Assembly (NCBI GenBank): GCA_963920595.1
Contig: OY986946.1
Location: 5,208,001-5,272,000, forward strand
Direction of reading: 5' to 3'
Length of the DNA stretch: 64,000 nucleotides
Source of the DNA: Eimeria praecox
Lineage: Eukaryota
Shown here: in pieces, positions 23,781 to 35,810 of the stretch
How the letters are laid out: each line of letters starts with the position of its first letter
How positions within the stretch are numbered: position 1 is the stretch's first letter
Notes under the pieces: generated by a model
What the model was told of the DNA's origin: nothing
The model's database searches: none
What the model saw: only the letters and a program-made list of their open reading frames with translations
Program-made: the position numbers and the translations under genes

Positions 23781-23812
<32 letters not shown>

Positions 23813-24840
23813 AAAAGCCGGCGCCTTAATTGGACTCAGACAGGAGGCTATGCGTACGTGAAGAAGCTATTTCATTTTGCTGCTGCTGCTGCTGTTGCTG
23901 CTGCTGTTGCTGCTGCTGTTGCTGCTGCTGCTGTTGCTGCTTCTGTTTGAAGTAGCAGCAAATCATTACCACCATCAGCAGCATGGCGCTGCTGTTGCCG
24001 TTGGTGTTGCTGCTGCAGCAGCAGCAGCAACACCAACGGCAACAGCAGCGCCGGCACTAGCAGCAGCAGCAGCAGCAGCACTACCAGCATCCCCAGACCT
24101 AGCAGCAGCAGCACCACCACCACCACCACCAGCATCCCCAGAACTAGCAGCAGCAGCAGCAGCAGCACTACCAGCATCCCCAGAACTAGCAGCAGCAACA
24201 GCAGCAGCAGCAGCAGCAGCAGCTTCTCACCTATTCCTGCCCCTGTGAGGTAGACAGCAATGGGGCCCCCGAGGCCCCCCGCCCCTACTAATAGGACTCT
24301 GCAGCGAGCGATTTGTCTGTGGGGCCCCACACCAAACCGCTGCAGCAGCAGCTGTCTCCCCTGTCTCTGAACCTGTCTAGGAGACAGCAAACACCTGTAC
24401 CATAGATTTCCTCCTGCTGCTGCTGCTGCTGCTGCTGTTGCTGTTGCTGCTTCTCCTGCTGCTGCTGCTGCTGCTGCTTCTCGTGCTGCTGCTGCTGCTG
24501 CTGCTGAAAATCGAAACAGAGAAGGAGAATGCTGCAGCAGAGATGCTGCGTCAACAAAGAGGGGCTGCGGGTCCTCAAAGTCTTTCTTGCTGCTGCTGCT
24601 GCTGCTGTTGCTGCTGCTGTTGCTGCTGCTGTTGCTGCTGCTGTTCTTCTTCTTGCTGCTACTGCTGCAGAGTTGCTTCAAGACACCGAGAAGGCCCCAT
24701 TGCTGCAGCAGCTGCCACACGGAAGCAGCAGCAGCAGCAGCAGCAGGTGATGCAGCAGCAAACCCACAGAGGCCCCCCAGTAAGAAAAGAAGGGCCCTCT
24801 CGAAGGGCTGAGGGGCCCCCTCCTTAAAGAGGGGCCCCAT
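19824..24840 (-). CDS. UBA4: UBA4/MOCS3 adenylyltransferase-sulfurtransferase (ThiF/MoeB E1-like + rhodanese), about 708 aa, 9 exons
   Basis: Exons (minus) 24840-24231, 23732-23681, 23335-23254, 22983-22880, 22289-22028, 21703-21541, 21278-21244, 20918-20508 (alternative in-frame acceptor at 21056), 20231-19824. Motifs: [67 protein letters not shown], second CxxC (CIAC), rhodanese LIDVRP and active loop [14 protein letters not shown]. Confidence 0.92.
22462..22850. repeat. (CAGCAACTG)n 9-bp CAG-derived repeat in UBA4 intron 4
   Basis: About 40 units, with occasional extra CAG. Confidence 0.9.
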
Positions 24841-24852
24841 GGGGTTGTGGGG

Positions 24853-24886
<34 letters not shown>

Positions 24887-25361
24887 CTTTGCTGCTGCAG
24901 TTGCTGCAATATATTGCTGATACAGAGGCAGGCAGGCAGGCAGGCAAGTCCCTGTGGGGGGCCCCTGTAGTACGTAAGGGGGGCCCCTCTGACTGAACCC
25001 TAGGGGGGCCCCCCTTGGGTACGATTATCTTCTGCCTGAGTGTTAATATTAAAACAATTTAAATAATTTATTTATACGAAAAAACTATGATTCAAAAAAT
25101 ACAACAAATCAACAAAACAAAGAAGGTAGAGGGGGGGCCCCCCATGGGGGCCCCCACACCCGGGGGCCCCCCCCACCCGGGGGCCCTCCAGGGGGCCCCT
25201 TCAGGGGGGCCCCCCTGTCCCCTTTTGGTGTTAAGGGTTTAGGCCTCAAAGTTTATATCTGCTTCTGAAGTCATTAGTTTGTTTATTATTTTATTATTTT
25301 GTGTTTACGTTGAGGCGAAGAGCAGCAGAAAGCCCTTGGGGCCCCTGAGCCTCTCAGCCCC

Positions 25362-25405
<44 letters not shown>

Positions 25406-25575
25406 GCTGCTGCAGCAGCTGCAGCAGCTGCTGCTGCTTGAGATCTACAGGGGAGGCCCTAAGTGTAGGCCCTGCAGAGGCAACGGGGGCCCCTCCATCC
25501 TTTAGGGGGGGGGGGGGGGGGGGGCCTCAGGGTACAGGGGGCCCTGCAGCAGCATCAAACCTTTCTAGGGGCCCC
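24841..25575. promoter_or_regulatory. Putative bidirectional promoter between UBA4 and JMJD5
   Basis: Head-to-head start codons about 735 bp apart; AT-rich core (25040-25125) flanked on both sides by GGGGCCCC-rich blocks. Confidence 0.45.
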
Positions 25576-25745
25576 ATGGTCTGCTGCTCACAGCAAGCTA
25601 AGGGGGGCCCCCCTGAAAAAAACAGAGGGGCCCCCCAGGGGCCCCCTGTACCCTTAACCCTCGTCGAGGCATTTAGGGGCCTCTGCAAGGAATGTCAGCT
25701 AACCCCACAAGAGCTACAGGATATAGCGGACTCTATTACTGAAGG

Positions 25746-25785
<40 letters not shown>

Positions 25786-25808
25786 AGGGGTGCTGCTGTT
25801 GCTGTTGG

Positions 25809-25840
<32 letters not shown>

Positions 25841-25935
25841 CTAGGGGTGCTGCTTTTGCTCCTGCGGTTGTTGTTGCTGCTGCTGCTGCTTTTGTTCCTC
25901 CCGTTGTTTCTGCTGCAGCTGTTGCTGCTGCTGCT

Positions 25936-25969
<34 letters not shown>

Positions 25970-26273
25970 GTTGTTTGTTATGATAGGGGACAGCCTGCGT
26001 GTGCTGTTGTTTAGAGGGCCCCGAGTGCAGCGGGATCGAGCATGTATATATAAGCCGTTGTTTTGGGGCTGCATGCGCGTTGATGGGGGGCCCCCCCCCT
26101 CTTGTAAAGGAGGGGGGCCTCTATAGCTTGTTAATGAAGGCAGCAAAGGAAGGAGACTGTCTCCTTGTACAGCCTGCTGCTGCAGCAGAAGGGACCCTCA
26201 CACGTGAGGGGCTCTCTTGGGGGCCCCCTCAGCCAACAAGCAGCAGCAACAGCAGCAGCAACAGCAGCAGCAA

Positions 26274-26317
<44 letters not shown>

Positions 26318-26348
26318 ACTGCGGGGGAAACACCAAACCCCATACCGA

Positions 26349-26380
<32 letters not shown>

Positions 26381-27133
26381 GTAGCAGCAACAGCAGTAGC
26401 AGCAGCAGCAGCAGCAGTAGCAGCAGCAGCAACAGCAGCAGTAGCAGCAGCGACAGCATAGAAGGTGGTGGGGGCCCCTCTTTATATAAAGACAAAGAGG
26501 CCCTGGGGGCCCTCCATAGAAAAGCATCTCTACTACATGAGGCCTCATGGAGAAGGTAAGCCAACACCCACACAAGACAACACAGGGGCCCCCAGCGAGA
26601 GGGGCCCCTACAGGGGGCCCCCATGGTGGGGCCCCTATGGTGGGGCCCCTACAGGGGGCCCCTATGGAAGGGCCCCTACAGGGGACCCCTACAGGGGGCC
26701 CCTACAGGGGGCCCCTATGGAAGGGCCCCTATCGAGGGGCCCCTATTGAGGTATCTATAAGGGGCCCCTTAGGGGGGCCCCCTATTGAGCCCCCCCCTCC
26801 CCCCCATAGAGAGAGAGGGCTTAGTGCTTTTTAAAAGAAGGATATGTGGGGAGTAGCGATAGTGTTGCTGCGTAGGGTTTAGGGTTTAGGGTTTAGGGTT
26901 TAGGGTTTAGGGTTTAGGGTTTAGGGTTTAGGGTTTAGGGTTTAGGGTTTTGGGGGCTTTGCAGGCTGCACACGGGTCACTGGGAGTCTGTCCCTCTTTG
27001 GTGTCGCGAGGCCCACGCATCTGCCTGTCTCCTCCTCAGTCTCTGTTATGTTTCGAGCGCAGCAGCCTCTATTGCTGCAGCAGAAGCACCTGCTGCTGCT
27101 GCTGCTGCAGCAGCAGCAGCAGCAGCAACAGAT

Positions 27134-27166
<33 letters not shown>

Positions 27167-27466
27167 CAGCAGGACTTTCTGGAGACAGCAGAAGATGCAT
27201 TTCGCCTTGGCTATCGTTACGTAGACTTGGGTAAGGGCCCCTTCAACACCTCTTTGTTAGTAAACAGCGATTAGGGTTTAGGGTTTAGGGTTTAGGGTTT
27301 AGGGTTTAGGGTTTAGGGTTTAGGGTTTGGGGTTTGCCATGCAGGGTTGATAATGGGGGGCCCCAAAATTCGGGTGTATAGACGACTCATAGCAGCAGCT
27401 GCTGCCTTTGACGTTCTTAGGGACAGGTTGCTGCTGCTGCAGCAGCAGCAAGAGCTGGAGGAGGAG

Positions 27467-27501
<35 letters not shown>

Positions 27502-27503
27502 AG

Positions 27504-27536
<33 letters not shown>

Positions 27537-28532
27537 TGGCGCCGCATGAGCAGCAGACTTGCGGGTGGAGCAGCAGCAGACAGGACAACAGCAGCAGCAG
27601 CAAAGGGGGGGCCCCCGGGGGGGCCCTGCATGCAGAGACAGCAGATCTGTCTCCCTGTACGCTCAGCCAACAACTTAGTGTCTCCTCAGGGCCTGAGGTC
27701 CCCATTAAGAGACGGAGGGCCCCCGTGGAAGAGAGGACAGGTAAGACAAACCCTAAACCCTAAACCCTAAACCCTAAACCCTTAAGGTGTTCTCTGAATA
27801 CAGCAGCATTATGCTTAAGCTTCGAGGTTACAATCGAGGGATCAAGGCTTAGGGTTTAGGGTTTATTAGGGTTTAGGGTTTAGGGTTTAGGGTTTAGGGT
27901 TTAGGGTTTAGGGTTTGTTGGGTGTATGTGCAGGTATTAGCTTTGAGGACTTTTTGGTGAATTACGTACAGAAACAGAAGCCTGTCTTGATTCGAGGTAT
28001 TGCGCTCTTGTTATATTGCTTTTCCTCTATCTCTTAGGGTTTATTAGGGTTTATTAGGGTTTATTAGGGTTTATCAGGGTTTACTAGGGTTTATTAGGGT
28101 TTATTAGGGTTTGCTAGGGTTTATTAGGGTTTACTACGGTTTACTAGGGTTTATTAGGGTTTATTACGGTTTGCTAGGGTTTATTAGGGTTTATTAGGGT
28201 TTATTAGGGTTTATTAGGGTTTATTAGGGTTTATGATTAGGGTTTATGATTAGGGTTTATGATTAGGGTTAGTAACTAGGGTTAAGTGTATTAATAGCTA
28301 GGGTTTCGGGTAGATAGGTAGGGTTTAGGGTTACTAACTAGGGTTAAGTGTATTAATAGCTAGGGTTTAGGGTTTAATAGAATAGAGATTGTTGCAGTTA
28401 GGGTTTATTGTTTGTGTTTGTTTAGGGTTAGTGTTCGATCAGCCATGTGTTAAGAAGTGGAGAGGGTGGAGACAGCTGAGGAGACACCTGGGGCATCGCC
28501 TTGTCCCCGTTGAAGTTGGTGAGATAGAGGAG

Positions 28533-28571
<39 letters not shown>

Positions 28572-29490
28572 TGTTTTATGTCTGTCTCCTTTTATTGTAT
28601 ATACAGCAGAGGCTAGTCCTCATGCTGATCCTGATGCTGTGTCTCCTGCTGCTGCTGCTGCGGGCGCTGTGTCTCCTGCTGCTGCTGCGGGTGCTGTGTC
28701 CCCTCCTGCTGCTGCTGCGGGTGCTGTGTCTCCTCCTGCTGCTGCTGCGGTTGCTGTGTCTGCTGCTGCTGCTGCGGTTGCTGTGTCTGCTCCTGCTGCT
28801 GCTGCGGTTGCTGTGTCTCCTGCTGCTGCTGCGGTTGCGGTGTCTCCTGCTGCTGCTGCTGCTGCTGTGTCTCCTGCTGCTGCTGCGGTTGGTGTGTCTG
28901 CTCCTGCTGCTGCTGCGGTTGCTGTGTCTCCTGCTGGTGCTGCGGTTGCTGTGTCTCCTGCTGGTGCTGAGGCTGCTGTGTCTCCTGCTGCTGCTGTGTC
29001 TCCTGCTGCTGCTGCTGTGTCTCCTGCTGCTGCTGCTGTGTCTCCTGCCGCTGCTGCTGCTGCTGTGTCTCCTGCTGCTGCTGCGGTTGCTGTGTCTGTC
29101 TCTTCTCTCTGCTTTATCTGAAGACGGCGAAAGTGTCTCCTTTTGTCTCCTGTGTCTTCTCCCCTGCTACTGTCTCTCCTGCTGCTGCTGCTGCTGCTGC
29201 TGGTGCTGTTGCTGCTGCTGCTGTTGCTGCTGCTGAGCGTGAAGAGGCTTTCTTTGTCTGCTGCTGCATATCTGTCTCCTCTGTCTCCTCTGCTGCTGTC
29301 ATCGTGTCTTGCTGCTGTATATATTCTGCTGCTTCTTCGGGGTGTACGTGCGTACACCCGAAGTTCCTTCCTGGTGGCTGCCTGTGCTGCTGCTGCTGCT
29401 GCTGCTGTTGCGCTCTTGCTGTTTTGGGGACTACCAAAGAAAACCGAACCACTGTTGTTGCTGCTGCTACTGCTGCTGCTGCTGCTGCTA

Positions 29491-29524
<34 letters not shown>

Positions 29525-30127
29525 AGGTAGTTCGTATGCTGAGGAGAACTGGACTCAGCGGCTGATGCTCTTCGAGGATTTCTATCAAGAGTATATCGCC
29601 CCCTCAAGTATGCTGCTGCTGCTGCTACTGCTGCTGCTGCTGCTACTGCTGCTGCTGCTGCTACTGCTGCTGCTGCTACTGCTGCTGCTACTGCTGCTGC
29701 GGTTGCTTCTATCGCTGCAGCTTTTGGCTGCCTTTGCTGCTGCTGTATTTGCTGTCTCTACTACAGGGATTATCTCCCCTTATAGCTGCTGCTGCAGCTG
29801 CTGCTGCAGCTGCTGCTGCAGCTGCTGCTGCAGCTGCTGCTGCAGCTGCTGCTGCAGCTGCTGCTGCTGCTGTTGCTGTTGCTTTTTATGCTGCTGTTGC
29901 TGCTGCATTTGCTGCTGCTGCTGTCTATGCATGCGGTTTTCTTTGCTGCTGCAGAGGGTTCAGGGGGCCCCTCGGGGGGCCCCCCTGGGGGCCCCCGTGG
30001 GGGCCCCCTTGGGTACTTGGCTCAGCATGCGCTGCTCGAACAGGCCCCCTTCCTCGCCAATGAGGCCCCTACACCAGATCTGGCTGTCGCGTGTAGGGAT
30101 TGCTGCTGTTGCTGCTGCTGCTGCTGT

Positions 30128-30181
<54 letters not shown>

Positions 30182-30782
30182 ATGTTGCTGTTGCTGCTGC
30201 TGTTGCTGTTGCTGCTGTATGTTGCTGTTGCTGCTGTATGTTGCTGTTGCTGCTGTTTGCCGGATGTTTGGCTTTGCTGTTGCTGCTGCTGCTGGTGCTG
30301 CTGCTGCTGTGTTGCTGCTCTGGAGTGACGCTGTTTGTTGTGTCCTATTTATGTGCTGCTGCTGCTGCTGGCATTGGTGCTGTTTCTGCTGCTGCTGCTG
30401 CTGCTATTGCTGCTGCTGTTATTGCTTCTGCTGCTGCTGCTATTGCTGCTGCTGCTGCTGCTATTGCTGCTGCTGTTGCTGCTGCTGTTATTGCTTCTGC
30501 TGCTCTGCTATTGCTGGTGCTGCTGCTGCTGCTGCTGCAGGTGCAGCAACAGAGATAACTCGTCTAGTATGGATGGGGCCTGAGGGCAGTGTGTCTCCTC
30601 TCCACACAGACAGCAGCGAGAATGTGTTCACACAAATCGTAGGCAACAAACGCATGCAGCTCTACTCACCCACGCAGACAGAAGCTATGTACCCTTTCAA
30701 GCAGGTATCCTGCTGCTGCTGCTGCTGCGGCTGCGGCTGCTGCTGCTGATGCTGCTGCTGCTGATGATGATGATGCTGCTGA

Positions 30783-30817
<35 letters not shown>

Positions 30818-31019
30818 CTGATGATGATGATGATGGTGCTGCTGCCGCTGCGGCTGATGTTGCTGCTGCTGCTGATGATGATGATGATGGTGCTGCTGCT
30901 GCAGAGGGGGTTGTTGTGCATCGACCGGGTGCAGCTGCAGCTCTTGCTGCTGCTGCTGCTGTTGTTGTTGCTGTTGTTGTAGAAGAGGCTGCAGCTGTTC
31001 TAGTTTGCTTGGAGTAGAG

Positions 31020-31057
<38 letters not shown>

Positions 31058-31332
31058 AGTTCATGCTGCTGCTGCAGTTGCTGCTGCTGCTGCTGCTGCA
31101 GGGTCTGCTTCGTAATACTTCCAGCTTGCCTGCTTGGTTGGTGTCTGCTAGTAGTCTCCCTGCTGAGGTGTATAGGCAGCAGCAGCAGCAGTACTGTCTC
31201 TTCTTCGAGGAGACAGATTGTATAGATGTTTTGCTGCAGCCAGGAGACGGCCTCTTCATCCCGAAGGGGTGGTGGCATCATGTACAGGCAGAGACAGACA
31301 GCATATCTATATCTAATTGGTTTCAGTGTTAG
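25576..31332 (+). CDS. JMJD5: JMJD5/KDM8-like JmjC (cupin) 2-oxoglutarate/Fe(II) oxygenase, about 713 aa, 10 exons
   Basis: Exons 25576-25744, 26015-26555, 26965-27230, 27345-27740, 27934-27996, 28426-28518, 29527-29607, 29955-30092, 30541-30704, 31102-31332 (2142 nt, phases consistent; start codon less certain). JMJD5-type N-terminal motifs WRRLHTGHWESV and DLGLIMGG. JmjC motifs: KPVLIRG, KKW, GHRLVPVEVGSSY..ENWTQRL, GYLAQHALLEQ, WMGPEGSVSPLHTD (HxD), GNKR, NTS, LQPGDGLFIPKGWWHHV. Confidence 0.9.
26874..26950. repeat. Telomere-like (AGGGTTT)11 array directly before the JMJD5 exon 3 acceptor
   Basis: Perfect heptamer array. Confidence 0.95.
28035..28375. repeat. Telomere-derived decamer variant (TTATTAGGGT)n in JMJD5 intron 5
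   Basis: 10-bp periodicity with TTACT/TTGCT variants, then 12-bp TTATGATTAGGG units. Confidence 0.9.
28636..29097. repeat. (GCTGTGTCTCCT(GCT)n) compound minisatellite in JMJD5 intron 6
   Basis: About 20 variable-length units; translates as AVSPAAA on + and AGDTAAA on -. Confidence 0.85.
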
Positions 31333-31439
31333 CTGCTGCTGCTGCTGCTGCAGCAGCAGCTGCTGCCGCTGCTGCTGCTGCTGCTGCTGTTGATGATGCA
31401 GGGGCTGATGCTGTTGTAGCTGTTGATGTTGTGGCTGCG

Positions 31440-32250
31440 GTTAAACCCTAGGAAGATCTAAATCCCCTTGTATGGGAGAGAGTTTGAAGAACCACCCACA
31501 GATATCTAGGGTTTAGGGTTTAGGGTTTAGGGTTTAGGGTTTTAGCTAGCTTCTTTCCTACGCTCCCTTCTTGTTTATCTTTAGTGTCTCGTATATCTAC
31601 ATAGTAAACCCTAAACCCTAAACCCTAAACCCTAAACCCTAGGAAGTACTCATAGGTTTTCACGAAGACAGAGAGAGGAGGTGCTTCCCTTAAACACGCC
31701 CTAAGCCCTTTGTTTGGGGTTTAGGGTTTAGGGTTTAGGGTTTAGGGTCTAAAGCTTTGAGAGACAAAGACCTTGCTGAGCAGCAGGCGTAGCTTGCTGC
31801 TGAAGAGCAGCAGATAGATAATATAGGGTTTAGGGTTTAGGGTTTAGGGTTTGGGGTTTAGGGGGTTAAGAGAGACCCCCACCAGCCCCAAATAGGCGAA
31901 TGTTAACCTCAGCAGCCCTCAGCTTTAGCCTTCATCTTCAGGGTTTAGGGTTTAGGGTTTAGGGTTTAGGGTTTAGAGCCCCATCTCCTTTACCGTAAAC
32001 TTTAAGGGATTAGGGTTTAGGGTTTAGGGTTTAGCCTGGTGTGTGTGGCTTCTGCATAGCCTATATTTAGGGTTTTAGGGGTTAGGGTTCTAGGGTTTTG
32101 TGGTTTAGGGTTTAGGGTTTTAGGGTTTAGGGTTTGTATATCTATGCAGTAGCTACCTATAGTTTTCTAAGCATGCAACACTACGGCCATTTGTTTGGGG
32201 TTTAGGGTTTAGGGTTTAGGGTTTAGGGTTTAGGGTTTAGGGTTTAGGGT
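31440..32250. repeat. Intergenic cluster of short telomere-like arrays in both orientations
   Basis: At least eight short (AGGGTTT)n or (AAACCCT)n blocks separated by unique spacers downstream of JMJD5. Confidence 0.9.
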
Positions 32251-32467
32251 AGCTCATAAGGGGACAGACGAGGCCTCTCTGACTTCATCATCATCAACAA
32301 TTTAATTATGTTTTTCTGTATCGAGTGTGTGAAGAGTGGTGGGGTTGTTTTTATTGTTGTGTTTTGTGTTATAATAATACAAATACATATTTATAAGGAG
32401 TATTTTGATGTTGTTTAAGTTAAATACAATGATAGGTTGAGGCTGCGGTGTACATGCAGCTCCTATC

Positions 32468-32522
<55 letters not shown>

Positions 32523-33255
32523 CTGCTGAGGTGTATAGGCAGCTCAGAACTGTAGTATCGAGTCGATCGTGTTCAGGTGTATATACACCCCAGGTGCTCG
32601 CTCGATGGCTGTCATGGTTTGTTTTGATATTTAAACAATTAATTAAAAGTAAAAACATTTAAATTTAAAAATAATACCCCAAATATCAACAATATACATA
32701 AACCCTAAACCCTAAACCCTAAACCCTAAACCCTAAACCCTCGACCGGGGCGGTGGCTCGGCGAGTCGAGCCACCGCTATCGAGGAGTAGTTCTTGGCTG
32801 TTCTTCTGTGTTTTTTGTGTTTGTTTGTTATATATTTATTATTTTTTTGTTTATTATTTTATTATTTGTGTTTCTTCCTTTCATTTTAATATATTTCATC
32901 TACTTTCATCTCTGTTCTCGGGTGTATCGACAGATCTTCCTTCTCCTTGCCTCCTCCTCCTCCTTAACCCCGAATCCTAAAGTAAGAAGACTCCACATAA
33001 TTTGTTGTTTTATATTATATGCTGTTTGCATACAATCTATCAGATATGCTTTTGCTGCTGCTGCTGCTGCTTCTGCTGCTGTTGCTGCTGCTGCTGCTGC
33101 TGGCTCTGTTGTTGTTGTGTGCTGGTGTTCGATGGCTTGCTGCGGCTGGCGATGACTGCTGCTGCTTCTGCTGCTCCCACTTGCTGCTTCGCAGCAGCTG
33201 AAGCAGCAGCAGCAGCAGCAGCTATTTTTGCTGTTGCTTCCGTTGTCGTTGTTGC

Positions 33256-33287
<32 letters not shown>

Positions 33288-33444
33288 CTGCTGCTGCTGT
33301 TCTCCATGCTCGTGTTCGGGGTATCTGTCTGAAAGGAGTTAAGCTATTCGATTACTTAACAGCCAATTTCAGCTCTTAGAGAAAGCCTAGGGCTTAGGGT
33401 TTAGGGTTTAGGGTTTAGGGTTTAGGGTTTGTTTGTTGCACAGG

Positions 33445-34264
33445 ATGCGAGGCTTTCGTCTGCTGTTGATTTGCCTGGCCGGGTGTGTCGTAGCTGCTCG
33501 AGCAGCAGACGAGGAGACACCTCAGGTTGAAGGATCCCCAGAGGGGGATCGTCTCCCTGGGGATCGTCTCCCTGGGGATCGTCTCCCTGAGGATCGTCTC
33601 CCTGAGGATCGTCTCCCTGAGGATCGTCTCCCCGGGGATCGTGTCCCTGAAGGAGACGTTCCCCGATCCCCCGAAGAAGAAGTACAGGCTGTCCTCGACA
33701 ATGAGGAGAATAAGGAGGATGGGCCACGTAAGATATTATTTTTATATTTTATTTTTTATTTGCTTATATGTGTCTCTGTCTCTCTCTGTCCCTGTCTCTT
33801 GTATCTTCTGTCTCCTTCGTCTCTCTGTCTCTCTCTGTCTCTGTCTCTTGTATCTTCTGTCTCCTTCGTCTCTCTGTCTCCAACGCTGTATCCACCTCAC
33901 TGTCTCTCCCCGTCTTCCTCCTTCTAAACCCTAAACCCTAAACCCTAAACCCTAAACTTCAACCCCTAAACCCTAAACCCCAACCCCCAACCCCCACCCC
34001 TTAACCCCTAAACCCCAACCCTCAACCCCCACCCCTTAACCACTAAACTCCACCCCCCGCCCCCCACCCCCCAAACCCTAAACCCTTAACCCTAAGCCCT
34101 AACCCCTAAACCCTAACCCCTGTGTGTTTGTGTTAACAGCTGTTGTCTGTACGATGGAGTATATGCCCGTCGTAGACACTGCGACAGGCAAGGAATACGC
34201 TAATCGCTGTGTCGCTCGTGCTGCAGGGGTCCCCCCAGAAAACATTAAGGAACTTCACCCCTAA
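33445..34264 (+). CDS. Small secreted protein with (G/E)DRLP repeats and an atypical Kazal-type serine protease inhibitor domain, 135 aa, 2 exons
   Basis: Exons 33445-33727 (donor C|GTAAGA) and 34140-34264 (acceptor ttaacag). Signal-peptide-like MRGFRLLLICLAGCVVAARA, acidic region with 7 pentapeptide repeats, then VVCTMEYMPVVDTATGKEYANRCVARAAGV, which resembles the Kazal core CxxxYxPVCGxDGxTYxNxC. Confidence 0.75.
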
Positions 34265-34389
34265 ACCCTAAACCCCAAACCCTAGAAAACCCTAAACCCT
34301 AAACCCTAGCCTTTGTTCGGGGCCACACAGCTCGCCCCTCGTGGGGTTAAGTGCGTGCACTCCGCTGGCCCTGGCTGACCCTACGTACA

Positions 34390-34815
34390 GCTAGCCATGG
34401 GTAGCCAGCTAGCTAGCTAGCTAGCTAGCTAGCTAGCTAAGTAGTCAAGTAGCTAGCTACCTAGCTAGCTAGCTAGCTGGCTAGCTGGCTACACGATCAT
34501 ACAGATTCTCTTCCTACATCCTGGCTGACAGGCTACTTCATGGGTTTGGGGCTGCATGCCCCCGCGGGTAGAGGGGGGGAGAGATAGATAGATAGCATAG
34601 ACAAATGACGTACCTGCCTAGCTAGCTAGCTAGCTAGCTAGCTAGCCAGCTGATCCTACTACGGGGAGTTAGTAGTCAACTAGGTAGTCCCTCGAGGCGG
34701 CAGCCAATCCAGATAGCTACAGCTAGCTACAGCTAGCTACACCCCGCAGGCTAAATGTAGCTAGCTATAACTAGCTGTCTATCTGTAGCTAGCTGTAGCT
34801 AGCTGTAGCTAGCCA
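34390..34815. repeat. (TAGC)n-rich tract
   Basis: Multiple AGCT/TAGC runs between the convergent Kazal and TAF11-like genes. Confidence 0.85.
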
Positions 34816-34960
34816 CAGGCAACAGCGCAGAAGCTCGCTGCGCCCTTGTCTGGCGTCTTGGCTGCCCGTCGTCCCTTCTAGATCTGTATAGATATCCATA
34901 TCTATATATCTATATCTATATATCTATATCTATATATCTATACAGATATATCTATATATC

Positions 34961-35075
<115 letters not shown>

Positions 35076-35333
35076 ATCTATATCTATCTATCCATATTAT
35101 ATAGAGGTAACCGTAAGTATAAATATTTGTATAAATGCATAAGTATAAATAAATAGAAAAGATGAAAATACAAGCATGTGCTCTTGTAAGAACGCCCGCA
35201 GATATATATATATATATATATATAAACAGTGAGAGAGGGGTAGGGACGAGGTCCTCAGCTAGCTAGCTAGCTAGCTAGCTAGCTAGCCATGCGCCTTACT
35301 ACGTGGAGACGAGCAACAACCGCATTTGCTGCT

Positions 35334-35760
35334 TCAGACCTGCCAAGGTGCAGCAGCCTTGTCACTGCTGCTGCTGCTATTGCTGCTGCTGCTAGTGCTG
35401 CTGCTGCTAGTGCTGCTGCTGCAACAGCAGCAGCAATCTCGAAGTGTTGCGGCAGCTACGAAATCGCGAGTATGAATCTTTCTAAACCCTAAACCCTAAA
35501 CCCTAAACCCTAGTCCCTAGTCCCTAAACCCTAAACCCTAAACCCTAGAGTGGGGGTAAGGACTTGGCTGCCTCTAATATATGGTGAGGCATCAGCACTC
35601 TCAGTGGTATTTGACTGTCTCCTGTGTTGTCGTAGCCCTGTCTCTCTGCTGTCTCCTCTCCTTCAGCTGTATGGGGGGCCCCCAGGGGCCCCCCATACTG
35701 CTCGAAATCTCTCGCCTCTAGCTGCTCTGCTCCTGCTACAACCTCTGCAAAGCAACACCC

Positions 35761-35810
<50 letters not shown>

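Noticed and set aside
31440..32250. Repeat-spacer-repeat pattern resembling a CRISPR array or a chromosome end
   Set aside because: Units are heptameric telomere-like arrays of variable length and orientation in eukaryotic DNA; no cas genes, and genes continue on both sides.
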